Shown piece by piece: positions 37,313 to 50,364 of a DNA stretch of 52,230 nt. Below the pieces are notes generated by a model. It was not told the origin of the DNA. It made no database searches and was given only the letters and a program-made list of their open reading frames with translations. The position numbers and the translations under genes were made by a program. The stretch covers positions 1 through 52,230 of the forward strand of contig CALMNP010000028.1 of assembly GCA_937868875.1 (NCBI GenBank), given 5' to 3'. This stretch comes from an uncultured Bacillota bacterium (GTDB lineage Bacteria > Bacillota > Sulfobacillia > JAMDAP01). Position 1 is the stretch's first letter. Every line of letters begins with the position of its first letter.

Positions 37313-37564
37313 ATGTTCCTTCACCTGGGTGCGGACGAGATCGTCCGGCTCTCGGACGTGGTGGCCATCCTGGACTACAAGGTGGCGCGAGCCGCGGCCA
37401 CCAAGGAGTACCTGCAACTGACCCGCGGCCAGAGCCGCCTGCACGATGTATCCCAGGGTGAGGCCAAGTCCTTCGTCATCACCCTGGACGGGGTGTTTCT
37501 CTCCCCGATTTCGTCAATAACCCTGAAAAAGCGGGCGACCTTCGTCCGGGACCTGGCCGAATAG
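37313..37564 (+). CDS. remB: DUF370/RemB (YaaB)-family small protein
   Basis: MFLHLGADEIVRLSDVVAILD...KSFVITLDGVFLSPISSITLKKR, sited between recF and gyrB as in Bacillus. Confidence 0.8.
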   Translation: MFLHLGADEIVRLSDVVAILDYKVARAAATKEYLQLTRGQSRLHDVSQGEAKSFVITLDGVFLSPISSITLKKRATFVRDLAE

Positions 37565-37613
37565 CCTTTGCCTTGGCCGCCCTCCCGAAATATGGTAAAA
37601 TCTTATCGTTTAA

Positions 37614-39572
<1,959 letters not shown>

Positions 39573-39648
39573 ACACCGCCGCCCGTTAGCCAGATAGGGC
39601 GCCGGGAGCCGTTTCGGCTGACCCGCTGCGCCGTCAGGAGGACCTCCC

Positions 39649-42144
39649 TTGGACGACCAGAACAGCCCTCAGAGCAAGACCCTGCCCATCGACCTGGAAC
39701 GGGAGATGCGCAAGAGCTACATCGACTACGCCATGTCGGTGATTGTCTCGCGCGCTCTGCCCGATGTCCGCGACGGCCTGAAACCCGTGCACCGGCGTAT
39801 CCTGTACGACATGTACGACGCCGGCAACACCTCCGACAAGGCCTACCGCAAATCGGCCAAGACCGTCGGCGAGGTGCTGGGCAATTTCCACCCGCACGGC
39901 GACCAGGCGGTCTATGACGCCATGGTCCGCATGGCCCAGGATTTTGCTATTCGCTACCCGCTCGTGGATGGCCACGGCAACTTCGGCTCCATGGACGGCG
40001 ACCCGCCGGCGGCCATGCGCTACACCGAGGCCCGCCTCTCCAAGCTGGCCTTGGAGATGCTGGCCGACATCGACAAGGAAACCGTCGACTTCACCCCTAA
40101 CTTTGATAACACAGACGAGGAGCCTCAGGTTCTGCCGTCCCGAATCCCCAACCTGCTGGTGAACGGCTCGGAAGGCATCGCCGTCGGCATGGCCACCAAA
40201 ATCCCACCCCACAACCTGCGTGAGGTCATCGACGGGGTCCTGATGATGATCGATAACCCGGCGGTAGACGTGAAGGACCTGATGCAGGTCATCAAGGGGC
40301 CGGACTTCCCCACCGGGGCGCTGATCATGGGTCGCGAGGGAATTCGCGACGCTTATCTGACGGGGCGCGGTTCGATTACCATGCGGGCCGTGGCCACCAT
40401 CGAGCCCATGAACAACGGCAAGAACCGCATCATCATCACCGAGATCCCCTACCAGGTCAATAAGGCCAGGCTGATAGAGCAGATTGCCGACCTGGTGCGG
40501 GACAAGAAGATTGACGGGATCACCGATCTGCGTGACGAGACGGACCGCCACGGCATGAGGATTGTCGTGGAACTGCGCCGCGACGTTAATCCCAACGTGG
40601 TGCTGAACCAGCTCTACAAGTTCACCCCCATGCAGACCACCTTCGGGGCCATTATGCTGTCCCTGGTGGACTCGGTTCCGCGGGTGCTGGACCTGCGGGA
40701 GATGCTGTACTACTACTTGCAGCACCAGAAGGAAGTCGTCACCCGGCGCAGCCGCTACGACCTGCGCAAGGCCGAGGAGCGGGCCCACATCCTGGAGGGC
40801 CTCCGCATCGCTCTGGACCATATCGACGAGGTTATCAACCTGATCCGCGCCTCCCGCACGGAGGAGGACGCCCGCCAGGGCTTGATGGCCAAGTTCGGTC
40901 TCTCCGAAGTGCAGGCCAAGGCCATCGTTGACATGCGCCTGGGCCGCCTGACCGGCCTGGAACGCGACAAGATCGAGCAGGAGTATGCCGAACTGCTCAA
41001 GACCATCGACTACTTGAAGGCCCTCCTGTCCAACGAGCGCATGCTCATGACGGTGATCAAGAAGGAACTGAGCGACGTCCGCGACAAGTACGGGGACGAC
41101 CGACGCACCAAGATCACCGCCTCGGAGGCGGAGGAGTTCGCCCTTGAGGACCTCATTCCGGAAGAGGACATGGTCGTTACCCTGACCCACGCCGGTTACA
41201 TCAAGCGGCTGCCCCTGGACACCTACCGCAGCCAGCGGCGTGGTGGCCGCGGCGTCACCGGCATGGGCACGAAGGAAGAGGACTTCGTCGAGCACATTTT
41301 CGTCGCCACCACGCACCACGCCATCCTGGTCTTCACCAACCGGGGCAAAGTTTACAAGCTCAAGGTGCATCAGGTCCCGGAGGCCGGGCGCACGGCAAAG
41401 GGCACGGCCATCGTCAACCTGCTGCAGATCTTGCCCGGCGAGAAGATCCAGGCCGTCATTCCCGTCCGGGAGGTGGACGACGAACACTACCTGTTCTTCG
41501 CCACCCAGGCCGGCACGGTGAAGAAGACCCGCATTGCCGAGTACGGCAACATCCGCGCCGGCGGCCTCATCGCCATCGGCCTGGAGGAGCAGGACGAGCT
41601 GGTGGGCGTCCGCCGCACCGACGGCAACAGCGAGATCATTCTGGTCTCCGCCCGCGGGCAGGCCATCCGCTTCAAGGAAGAAGACGTTCGGTCCATGGGC
41701 CGCTCGGCCCACGGGGTGCGCGGTATGAACCTGGACCGTGACGACGTGGTCATCGGCATGGACGTGGCCGACGACACCGCCGACCTTCTGGTGGTGACGG
41801 ACCAGGGCTTCGGCAAGCGCACGCCGGTCAAGGACTACCGCCTGACCGGGCGCGGCGGCAAGGGTGTCCGCACCATGAACCTGACGCGCCGCAACGGCAA
41901 CCTGGTGGGCATCAAGAGCGTGCGCGAGGACGATGAACTGATCCTCATTTCGGCCAATGGGGTGCTGATTCGCACCACCGTGCGCGAGGTCAGCCAGCAG
42001 GGCCGCGACACCCAGGGCGTGACCGTCATGCGGTTGGACGAGGGCGACAAGGTAGTGGCCCTGGCCCTGGTCCCGCCCAAGGACGCTGCCGATGAAGGCG
42101 AGGAGGGGGCGGAGAGCATAGAGCAGCCGGAGTCGGCCGAGTAA
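39649..42144 (+). CDS. gyrA: DNA gyrase subunit A
   Basis: [46 protein letters not shown] (QRDR). [10 protein letters not shown] (catalytic Tyr). C-terminal beta-pinwheel repeats and an acidic tail. Confidence 0.97.
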   Translation: MDDQNSPQSKTLPIDLEREMRKSYIDYAMSVIVSRALPDVRDGLKPVHRRILYDMYDAGNTSDKAYRKSAKTVGEVLGNFHPHGDQAVYDAMVRMAQDFAIRYPLVDGHGNFGSMDGDPPAAMRYTEARLSKLALEMLADIDKETVDFTPNFDNTDEEPQVLPSRIPNLLVNGSEGIAVGMATKIPPHNLREVIDGVLMMIDNPAVDVKDLMQVIKGPDFPTGALIMGREGIRDAYLTGRGSITMRAVATIEPMNNGKNRIIITEIPYQVNKARLIEQIADLVRDKKIDGITDLRDETDRHGMRIVVELRRDVNPNVVLNQLYKFTPMQTTFGAIMLSLVDSVPRVLDLREMLYYYLQHQKEVVTRRSRYDLRKAEERAHILEGLRIALDHIDEVINLIRASRTEEDARQGLMAKFGLSEVQAKAIVDMRLGRLTGLERDKIEQEYAELLKTIDYLKALLSNERMLMTVIKKELSDVRDKYGDDRRTKITASEAEEFALEDLIPEEDMVVTLTHAGYIKRLPLDTYRSQRRGGRGVTGMGTKEEDFVEHIFVATTHHAILVFTNRGKVYKLKVHQVPEAGRTAKGTAIVNLLQILPGEKIQAVIPVREVDDEHYLFFATQAGTVKKTRIAEYGNIRAGGLIAIGLEEQDELVGVRRTDGNSEIILVSARGQAIRFKEEDVRSMGRSAHGVRGMNLDRDDVVIGMDVADDTADLLVVTDQGFGKRTPVKDYRLTGRGGKGVRTMNLTRRNGNLVGIKSVREDDELILISANGVLIRTTVREVSQQGRDTQGVTVMRLDEGDKVVALALVPPKDAADEGEEGAESIEQPESAE

Positions 42145-42194
42145 ATGACCTGCCGCTGGTGATGCTCCCTTTCCGAGAACCCCCTAAAGCAAGA

Positions 42195-42229
42195 GGGCCG
42201 GCTCCCACAGCGGGCCGGCCCTTTCTTTG
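42195..42229 (+). terminator. Rho-independent terminator of gyrA
   Basis: GGGCCGGC-ucccacagcgg-GCCGGCCC followed by UUUCUUUG. Confidence 0.7.
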
Positions 42230-42238
42230 TTGCTGCTA

Positions 42239-43576
42239 TCAGGTCTTCGAGCGAGGCTGGTCTGCGTCGTTCTCCCTGCTGCGAGCCGCCGCCAGCTGGC
42301 CCAGGGGCGAGTCTGCAGGGCGTGCGCCGGCCGTCAGTGCCCGTCGGAAGGCCGAGAAAACCACGAGCTCATGCCGCTGAATCCAGAACTCATAGGCGGC
42401 CAGGACGAAGAAGATGATGGCCACGACGACCCGTGACCCGGGAACGAAGAACTGCACCAGGAAGAGCGTGACCAGAATCAGGGCGTTACGCATGCGGAAA
42501 CGCAGGTCCAGCAGGAAGGAGACTCCGTAGAGCGTCTGAGCCGCAGTGAGTAGGATCTCGTGGACCTGCTGCGTGTCCAGGGGGATGGCGGCCAGATGCC
42601 TCACGCTGAGGCTGTACGTGACGGGAATCGTGGCAATCAGCAGGGTCCACTGATTGAGCTTGGACGACACCAGGTTGGCCAGGCCCATGGCCGCCAGGGT
42701 AATGGTGCCGGCCCAGATGAAGGCCGTGATGCTCTCCGGGAACTCGGAAAGAAACGGGGCAAAGTACTGGAGGAAGAGATACTTGGAAATGCCCAGAGCC
42801 TCAGCCAGTTTCTCCAGGCTGCTGATGAAGGGTTCGGCGCCAAAGAGGATGACCACGGCGCCGAAGGCCAGCAAGCCGAAAACCCAGACCGCCTTGCGCG
42901 CACCGCGCATCTTGGCGATCTTCCCCCCCGGCCCGGGAGCCTCCGCTTCCTGCGCCTCTGCCTGGGGAGGAAGGCGCAGGGCCACAATCACGTAGGCGAC
43001 GTAAATACCGATCAGAACAGCACCGTCCCAGAGGGTGAGGGAGGCCTTGGCCACGATGACCAGGGAGTAGGCGGCGGCGATCAGGAGGAAGACGATCTCC
43101 ACAGCCTGGTGGACGTCCAGCTGCACGTAGGAGAACGGCTTCTTACGCCGGCGCGCCGAAAAATAGGCCACGAAGAACACCAGAGGCCAACCGATGCCCA
43201 GGAGCAGCCGGTTGGCGCCTGTCATGGTGGCGGCTGCGTAATGCAGTTTCTGCTCCCAGGCCAGCACCATCTCGAACGAGTACTCAGGCAACACCTGAAT
43301 CAGGGCCAGAACCGCCAGGGCGAAGGCCTGGGAGACAACGGTCTGCAGCGACTCCGTAGCCCAGGCCAGGAAGTAAGCCGCGCCCACGATGGCCAGGCCC
43401 AGGCTGAGGGCTGTCCAGATGGGCGGGAACTGCACTCCCAAGAAGCGCAAGGCGACGAAGGGCACCGCTGCGGCCACAAACAGGCCGATCTGAAGGCGGT
43501 CGCCCAAACTGAACCGGGTCTCGTCAAGCTGGGGTGTTGCCTGGTCTCTGGTCAATAACACCGGCCCCTTCCTCAT
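42239..43576 (-). CDS. Polytopic membrane transporter, divergent CaCA (Na+/Ca2+ exchanger, Na_Ca_ex) fold. Predicted divalent-cation (Mn2+/Ca2+) exporter.
   Basis: Two internal alpha-repeat-like segments: IQVLPEYSFEMVLAW...TGANRLLLGIG and FLSEFPESITAFIWAG...GLANLVSSKLNQWTLL. At least 10 TM helices. The start is uncertain (ATG at 43576 has no SD; GTG at 43561 follows AGGAAGGGG). The track extension to 43669 runs into the riboswitch terminator. Confidence 0.6.
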   Translation of the reverse strand: MRKGPVLLTRDQATPQLDETRFSLGDRLQIGLFVAAAVPFVALRFLGVQFPPIWTALSLGLAIVGAAYFLAWATESLQTVVSQAFALAVLALIQVLPEYSFEMVLAWEQKLHYAAATMTGANRLLLGIGWPLVFFVAYFSARRRKKPFSYVQLDVHQAVEIVFLLIAAAYSLVIVAKASLTLWDGAVLIGIYVAYVIVALRLPPQAEAQEAEAPGPGGKIAKMRGARKAVWVFGLLAFGAVVILFGAEPFISSLEKLAEALGISKYLFLQYFAPFLSEFPESITAFIWAGTITLAAMGLANLVSSKLNQWTLLIATIPVTYSLSVRHLAAIPLDTQQVHEILLTAAQTLYGVSFLLDLRFRMRNALILVTLFLVQFFVPGSRVVVAIIFFVLAAYEFWIQRHELVVFSAFRRALTAGARPADSPLGQLAAARSRENDADQPRSKT

Positions 43577-43664
43577 GATAGGTTGTCCAGCGCAGCGGTG
43601 GATTTTTACTGCAGCGGCTCGGGCCGGGCGGCGAGCCATGGGCCACGGGCAGCGGGCCATGGGC

Positions 43665-43702
43665 TGCAAAAAAGAAAGACCCTCACCTGAAGTGAAGGTC
43701 TT
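43665..43702 (-). terminator. Intrinsic terminator serving as the expression platform of the Mn2+ riboswitch
   Basis: On the minus strand, AAGACCUUCAC-uuca-GGUGAGGGUCUU (11-bp stem including one G-U pair) followed by UCUUUUUUGC. The 5' arm overlaps the 3' strand of aptamer helix P1. Confidence 0.75.
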
Positions 43703-43796
43703 GCTTGCTCAGACTTGCGAGCTGGCAGCACCGGGCTTTCGCCGACCTGACGGCACTGCCAACCGGCCAGAAGGCCGGCAGCTACTCCCCTTACAC
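43692..43796 (-). promoter_or_regulatory. yybP-ykoY (Mn2+-sensing) riboswitch aptamer
   Basis: The minus strand reads GUGUAAGGGGAGUAGCUGCC...GAGCAAGCAAGACCUUCAC. The hallmark GGGGAGUAG (43790..43782) and GCAAGACC (43704..43697) elements are present. P1 pairs GUGUAAGG with CCUUCAC. Internal helices are GGCC-uucu-GGCC, GGCAGUGCC/GGUGCUGCC capped by a GAAA hairpin, and GCUC...GAGC. This recalls the L. lactis aptamer sequence (AAAGGGGAGUAGC...UUAGCAAGACCUUUCC) as I remember it. Confidence 0.75.
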
Positions 43797-43824
43797 CGTA
43801 TCCGCAATTTAACACCTACCTAGC

Positions 43825-43854
43825 ACTATAGCGGGACGAGCCACGGCATGTCAA
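43825..43854 (-). promoter_or_regulatory. Sigma-A-type promoter TTGACA-18-TATAGT driving the riboswitch-transporter unit
   Basis: On the minus strand, TTGACA (43854..43849), an 18-nt spacer, then TATAGT (43830..43825). Confidence 0.65.
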
Positions 43855-43919
43855 CGACGGCCTGGGTTTCGGTCAATATGTGCACTGAAGCGCCGCTTGA
43901 ACCATCGAGCATACGTCCC

Positions 43920-43964
43920 TACCAATTTGGCTCCCTTGAATGGACCCTATTGGTATGCTAACCT
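43920..43964 (+). promoter_or_regulatory. Candidate pdxR promoter (TTGAAT-17-TAACCT) bracketed by the inverted repeat TACCAAT/ATTGGTA, a possible MocR operator
   Basis: TACCAAT at 43920..43926 and ATTGGTA at 43949..43955 flank the -35 box TTGAAT (43936..43941). The -10 box TAACCT is at 43959..43964. The ATACCA-type hexamer is the repeat known for the MocR member GabR. Confidence 0.4.
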
Positions 43965-43988
43965 GGGGCTGCCGAAAGGAGGGATGCC

Positions 43989-45518
43989 GTGGACCTGCAC
44001 GTGGACCGCAGCGGGGCCATTCCCCTCTATCAACAGATTGCTCAGGCCATCATTGAGCAGGTGCGGCTAGGACGTCTGGCCCCCGGGGACCGGTTGCCCC
44101 CCACCCGCGACCTGGCCGACCAGCTCGACGTCACGCGCAGCACCGTCATAGCGGCGTACCAGGACCTGGAGGCGCGGGGCCGGGTCGCCAGCCATGTCGG
44201 CAAGGGCACCTTCGTTCAGGGCCGGCCTGCAGGGGGCGCATCCTCCCAGACGGCCGAGGACCCCACGCCGGCAAGCCAGGCGGCCGGGCACCGCCCTGTC
44301 AGTAGGGAAGAGCTGCGGCGACTGGTTCGCATGATGGACCGGCCCGGCCTCATCTCCCTGGCCAGCGGCATTCCGGCTCTGGATACGTTCCCCGTGGAAC
44401 GTCTCCGGCGGGCACTCGACACCGTGCTCAAGCGTCAGGGAGCAGCCGCCCTGCAGTACGATTCGCCCGAGGGCTACTGGCCCCTGCGCGAACGCATTGC
44501 CGCCTATCTGGACAGACTGGGAGCGGTGGTGCACCCGGCCGAGGTTCTGATCACCTCAGGAACCCAGCAGGGCGCCGCCCTGGTCGCCAGGGTCCTGCTG
44601 CGGCAGGGCGATGTGGTCTTGCTGGATCAGCCGACTTACGCCGGCGCTCTGGACGCCTTCGAGGCGGCGGGGGCCCGGCCCGTGGGGGTCCCGGCGGACG
44701 ACGAGGGAATCCTGCCGGAGGCCCTCGATGGCCTCGCCCGGAAGCTTCGCCCGCGCCTTCTCTACCTGGTGCCCGCCTGTCAGGGGCCGGCGGCCCGGCA
44801 GCTTCCGGCCGACCGCCGCCGCCGGGTCCTGGACCTGGCGCGACAGCACGGGTTCACCGTGGTCGAGGACGATTCCTTCCGCGAACTCCGCTATGCAGGC
44901 CGGCCGGAGCCGCCTCTCAGGGCTCTTGACGACTCGGATCACGTCATCCACCTTGGCAGCTTCTCAAAGACGCTGGCTCCCGGCCTTCGGGTCGGCTACG
45001 TGGTTGCGGGCGGCGCCTGGCTGGACGACCTGGCGGAGGCCAAGCAGACGGCCGACCTTCACACCTCGACCCTCATCCAGCGGGCTGTCGACGTTTATCT
45101 GGACAGCGGCGACCTGGAGGCGCAAATGCGCCGCACCCGCGAAGTATCGGGTCAGCGGCGCGAGGCCATGATGAATGCCCTGCGGCGTCACCTCCCGCCG
45201 GAGGTCGAGTGGTGGGAGCCCGAAGCCGGGCCCTTCCTGTGGCTCCGGTTTCCCCCAGACGTCACCGCCGTGGCCGCTTTCGTTGCGGCGGTGGAGCGCG
45301 GCGTGGCCTTCGGCATCGGCGCCGGCTTCGCCCCGGACAGGCTGGACCGCGGTCTGGCCCGATTGAACTTCGCAGCCCATCCGCCGGCTGAGATTGAGAC
45401 GGCCGTAGCCCGGCTGGGCGAGGCCCTGGCCTCGCTGGGGCTGGGGCCGGACCAGGGCGCCTCCTCACGAGGAGACGGCCCCGCCGGTTCGCGCCGGGCC
45501 GGCCCCACCGTGCTCTAG
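43989..45518 (+). CDS. pdxR: MocR/GntR-family PLP-dependent transcriptional regulator, PdxR-like by context
   Basis: N-terminal GntR w[56 protein letters not shown]-terminal fold-type I aminotransferase domain with [15 protein letters not shown] (PLP lysine). It lies directly upstream of pdxS-pdxT. Confidence 0.8.
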   Translation: MDLHVDRSGAIPLYQQIAQAIIEQVRLGRLAPGDRLPPTRDLADQLDVTRSTVIAAYQDLEARGRVASHVGKGTFVQGRPAGGASSQTAEDPTPASQAAGHRPVSREELRRLVRMMDRPGLISLASGIPALDTFPVERLRRALDTVLKRQGAAALQYDSPEGYWPLRERIAAYLDRLGAVVHPAEVLITSGTQQGAALVARVLLRQGDVVLLDQPTYAGALDAFEAAGARPVGVPADDEGILPEALDGLARKLRPRLLYLVPACQGPAARQLPADRRRRVLDLARQHGFTVVEDDSFRELRYAGRPEPPLRALDDSDHVIHLGSFSKTLAPGLRVGYVVAGGAWLDDLAEAKQTADLHTSTLIQRAVDVYLDSGDLEAQMRRTREVSGQRREAMMNALRRHLPPEVEWWEPEAGPFLWLRFPPDVTAVAAFVAAVERGVAFGIGAGFAPDRLDRGLARLNFAAHPPAEIETAVARLGEALASLGLGPDQGASSRGDGPAGSRRAGPTVL

Positions 45519-45571
45519 ACTCCAGTTTCTTCGATAAACCCACAACTCAGGAAAGCAAGGAGAGGTGTCTT

Positions 45572-46459
45572 ATGGAAGCTCAGCAGGGAACCCTGCGGGT
45601 CAAGACCGGACTGGCTGAGATGCTGAAGGGCGGCGTCATCATGGACGTCACCACCCCGGAGCAGGCAAAGATTGCGGAGCGAGCCGGCGCTTGCGCCGTC
45701 ATGGCTTTGGAGAGGGTGCCCGCGGACATCCGAGCCGCCGGCGGCGTGGCCCGCATGGCGGACCCGACCATCATCAAGGCCATCATGGGGGCGGTTACGA
45801 TCCCCGTCATGGCCAAGGCCCGCATCGGGCACTTTGTTGAAGCCCAGGTACTGGAGGCTCTTGGCGCCGACTATATCGACGAGTCCGAGGTGCTGACCCC
45901 GGCCGACGACAAGTACCACATCAACAAGCACAGCTTCAAGGTCCCCTTCGTCTGCGGCGCCCGCAACCTGGGCGAGGCCCTACGCCGCCTGGCCGAGGGC
46001 GCTGCCATGATCCGCACCAAGGGCGAGCCCGGGACGGGCAACGTGGTGGAGGCCGTGCGGCACATGCGCCAGATGAACGAGGACATCCGCCGGGTCTCGG
46101 CGGCCTCGGATGAAGAACTCGTGGCCATCGCCAAGGACCTGGGCGCCCCGGTCGAACTGGTCGCCGAGGTCCGCCGCCTGGGCCGGCTGCCCGTGGTCAA
46201 CTTCGCCGCCGGCGGCATCGCCACCCCGGCCGATGCGGCCCTCATGATGCAGTTGGGCTGCGACGGCGTCTTCGTGGGCTCCGGCATCTTCAAGTCCGGC
46301 AACCCAGAGGCGCGCGCCCGGGCGATCGTCCGCGCCGTCACCCACTACAACGACCCGAAGATCCTGGCAGAAATCTCGGAGAACCTGGGCGAGGCCATGC
46401 CTGGCGTGGAGATCTCCACGATCACCCAGCCCGGGCGCATGCAGGAGCGCGGGTGGTAG
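45572..46459 (+). CDS. pdxS: Pyridoxal 5'-phosphate synthase lyase subunit PdxS
   Basis: [42 protein letters not shown]...[32 protein letters not shown]...[17 protein letters not shown]. Confidence 0.97.
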   Translation: MEAQQGTLRVKTGLAEMLKGGVIMDVTTPEQAKIAERAGACAVMALERVPADIRAAGGVARMADPTIIKAIMGAVTIPVMAKARIGHFVEAQVLEALGADYIDESEVLTPADDKYHINKHSFKVPFVCGARNLGEALRRLAEGAAMIRTKGEPGTGNVVEAVRHMRQMNEDIRRVSAASDEELVAIAKDLGAPVELVAEVRRLGRLPVVNFAAGGIATPADAALMMQLGCDGVFVGSGIFKSGNPEARARAIVRAVTHYNDPKILAEISENLGEAMPGVEISTITQPGRMQERGW

Positions 46460-47103
46460 GCATGGCAGAGGCATGGAACGAGGCCCCGCTGCGCATTGGC
46501 GTTGTGGCCATGCAGGGGGCCTTCCGCGAGCATGCCCGGGCCATCCGAACCCTGGGTGCTGAGGCGGTGGAGGTGCGGCGCCCGGAGCAGATGGAGGGCC
46601 TGGACGGGCTGATCCTGCCCGGGGGCGAGAGCACGGCCATCGGCCAGCTCATTCAGGAGTTCGGCCTGGACCCGGCCCTACGCCGCTTCGCTGAGGAGGG
46701 GCGGCCGGTCTATGGCACCTGCGCCGGCATGATCCTCCTGGCTAAGGACGTCGCCGGCTCCCAGCAGTACCGGCTGGGCCTCATGGACATGCGGGCGCAG
46801 CGCAACGCCTTCGGGCGGCAGAGGGAGAGCTTCGAAACCGGCCTGGCCGTGCCGGCTTTGGGCGAAGAGCCCTTCCCCGCCGTGTTCATCCGCGCTCCCT
46901 ATATCGAATCGGTCCAGAGTCCCTGCGAGGCCCTGGCGGTCTACGGCGACAAGATTGTCATGGCGCGCGAAGGACGCTTCCTGGCCACCGCCTTTCACCC
47001 TGAATTGACGGACGACCTCCGGGTGCACCGCTACTTCCTGGACATGGTGCGCCAGGCCAAAGAAGAGCGTGATCTTGCCAAGGGGCGGGCCGGTGTGCTA
47101 TAG
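46453..47103 (+). CDS. pdxT: Pyridoxal 5'-phosphate synthase glutaminase subunit PdxT
   Basis: [34 protein letters not shown] (catalytic Cys), FHPELT. Start is GTG at 46453 (SD AGGAG 5 nt upstream) or ATG at 46462. Confidence 0.93.
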   Translation: MVGMAEAWNEAPLRIGVVAMQGAFREHARAIRTLGAEAVEVRRPEQMEGLDGLILPGGESTAIGQLIQEFGLDPALRRFAEEGRPVYGTCAGMILLAKDVAGSQQYRLGLMDMRAQRNAFGRQRESFETGLAVPALGEEPFPAVFIRAPYIESVQSPCEALAVYGDKIVMAREGRFLATAFHPELTDDLRVHRYFLDMVRQAKEERDLAKGRAGVL

Positions 47104-47104
47104 T
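47075..47104 (+). promoter_or_regulatory. Extended -10 sigma-A promoter (TTGCCA-18-TGcTATAGT) for the T-box leader
   Basis: TTGCCA at 47075..47080 and TG-c-TATAGT at 47096..47104, overlapping the pdxT stop. Confidence 0.6.
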
Positions 47105-47110
47105 CCGAGC

Positions 47111-47334
47111 ATCAGATACGTCCATGACGGAGCTACGGGCGGACCCGAGCCAAGAGAGCCGGTGGTTGGTGCAAACCGGCGTCGGGACGGCCCTTTCCAC
47201 TCCTGAGACCCTTCCGATGAGGAAGCCGGGTTCCGCCCGTTATCGCGGCGAGAGCGGGCCGTCTGCCGGACGGCCAACCAGGGTGGCAACGCGGGAACAC
47301 CTCCCGTCCCTAGAGGACGGGAGGTTTTTGTTTT
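47111..47334 (+). promoter_or_regulatory. Complete T-box riboswitch, serine specifier (UCC), with intrinsic terminator
   Basis: Stem I: GA/K-turn region (AUGAC.../...UGAGAC), AG bay AGAGAG (47153..47158), distal loop GGUGCAAA (47168..47175). The specifier loop, closed by GGAG/CUCC, carries UCC-A (47196..47199). Stem II CUUCC-gauga-GGAAG. Stem III CCGUC-ugcc-GGACGG. T-box sequence AGGGUGGCAACGCGG (47280..47294) with a UGGC bulge, which pairs with a tRNA ending GCCA (tRNA-Ser has discriminator G73). Terminator CCUCCCGUCC-cuaga-GGACGGGAGG followed by UUUUUGUUUU (47300..47334). Confidence 0.85.
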
Positions 47335-47340
47335 CTCGAG

Positions 47341-47446
47341 TCACCGGTTGGAGCGGCGGCGGTCAAGCGGGGTGGCAACACGGAGGCGAAAGCCCTCGTC
47401 CCCGCCATCCGGCCGTATGGCCGGGGCGGACGGGGGCTTTTGTGTT
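47341..47446 (+). promoter_or_regulatory. Second T-box-type discriminator module (short stem + antiterminator/terminator) lacking any Stem I
   Basis: Antiterminator: GGGG-[UGGCAAC]-ACGGAGGC-GAAA-GCCCUCGU-CCCC (47369..47403), with the same 7-nt bulge as the first T-box. Competing terminator: GCCCUCGUCCCCGCC ... GGCGGACGGGGGC (47392..47437) enclosing CCGGCC-guau-GGCCGG, followed by UUUUGUGUU. Only about 35 nt separate it from the previous terminator (an ACCG...CGGU mini-stem). Confidence 0.6.
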
Positions 47447-47544
47447 GGACGGCTCCGGGGGAGGCCATGGAAGGGGCGCCGACGAGCGGGTCCCGCCAAC
47501 GGAGCCCCGCGGCCGAGTGGCCCAGAAGGGAGAGGAGGAGGCCG

Positions 47545-48719
47545 ATGAAGTCACACCTGATGCTGCCGGGTCCCACACCAGTTCCGGAGAGAGTGCTGTC
47601 TGCGATGTCCCGGCCCATGATCAACCACCGAGGCGAGGAGTTCGCGGGCCTGTTCCGCGAGGTGACGGCGGGCCTCCAGTACGTGTTCCAGACGGAGGAA
47701 GAGCCGGTGGTGCTGCCGGCCGCCGGCACGGGGGGCCTGGAAGCGGCGGTGGTCAACACGCTGTCCCCCGGCGACCGGGTGCTGGCCCTGGTGACCGGCG
47801 CCTTCGGTGAGCGCTTCGCCGCCATCGCCAGGGCCTTCGGCGCCCAGGTGGAGGTACTGGCAGCACCTGCCGGCCGGGCCGTCGACCTGGAGGCCTTGCG
47901 GGCCTGGCTCGAACAGGACCTGGAGCGGCCGGCCGCCGAGCGCTTCCGGGCCGTGCTCGCCACCCACAACGAGACCTCCACAGGCGTGACCAACCCGGTT
48001 GAGGCCATAGCGCCGATGGTGAGCCGCCACGGAGCCCTCCTGCTGGTGGACGCCGTCAGCTCCCTGGGGGCCATCGACCTGCCCTTCGACCGCCTGGGCC
48101 TGGACGTGGTCGTGACCGGTTCGCAGAAGGCGTTGATGTGCCCGCCGGGCCTCGCCGTACTGGCCTTGAGTCAGCGGGCCTGGCAGGCAGCGGACACGGC
48201 CCGGGCCCCCCGCTTCTACTTTGACCTGCGGTCTTACCGCAAGGGAGCGGCCAAGGCCCAGACGCCCTACACTCCCGCCCTCTCCCTGCTGTACGGCCTG
48301 CGGGAGTCCCTGGCGATGATTCGGGAAGAGGGCCTGGAAGAGGGCTTTCGCCGCCACGCCCTCCTGGGCCGGATGACCCGCGCCGGCATTCAGGCCCTGG
48401 GCCTTGACCTGCTGGCCGACGCCCGCCACGCCTCGGCCACGGTCACGGCGGTGGTGAGTCCCACGAGCATCGACCTGAAGGAATTGCGCCGGCATGCCCG
48501 CGTGGTCAGCGGCGTAACCCTTGCCGGCGGGCAGGGCGACCTGGCCGATAGCATCTTCCGCATCGGCCACCTCGGCCACGTGGGACCCGCCGATGTCCTG
48601 GTGGCCCTGGCGGCGGTAGGTGACGCCCTGACGGCACAGGGGCGGGCGGGAGCCGCCGGACCAGACCAGGCCGTGGCGGCGGCGGTACGTGTCCTGAACG
48701 AGGAGAGGGGGAGGAAGGC

Positions 48720-48723
<4 letters not shown>
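47545..48723 (+). CDS. Class V PLP aminotransferase (serine-glyoxylate/AGXT family). Predicted phosphoserine aminotransferase role by context.
   Basis: MLPGPTPVPERVLSAMSRPMINHRGEEF, HNETSTGV, VVTGSQKALMCPPGL (PLP lysine). ATG at 47545 follows SD GGAGAGGAGGAGG. ATGA overlap with serA. Confidence 0.85.
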
Positions 48724-50315
<1,592 letters not shown>

Positions 50316-50364
50316 GGGGGCCCGCCTGAAGAGCGAGTTGGACGGAGACCAAGGAGGAAGCCCT

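Noticed and set aside
43629-43662. Direct repeat CCATGGGC...CCATGGGC (20-nt period) between the riboswitch terminator and the transporter start
   Set aside because: The repeat is short, GC-rich and occurs only twice. It resembles no operator I know (MntR/Fur boxes are AT-rich), so chance is likely in this composition.
43690-43830. Possible SRP (4.5S/scRNA) gene, suggested by GUCAGGUC and a GNRA-capped helix
   Set aside because: The universally conserved 3' side of the SRP helix-8 loops (GGAAGCAGC-type AGCA) is absent. The same RNA fits the yybP-ykoY riboswitch (GGGGAGUAG, GCAAGACC, and a P1 strand shared with a terminator) and sits upstream of a cation transporter.
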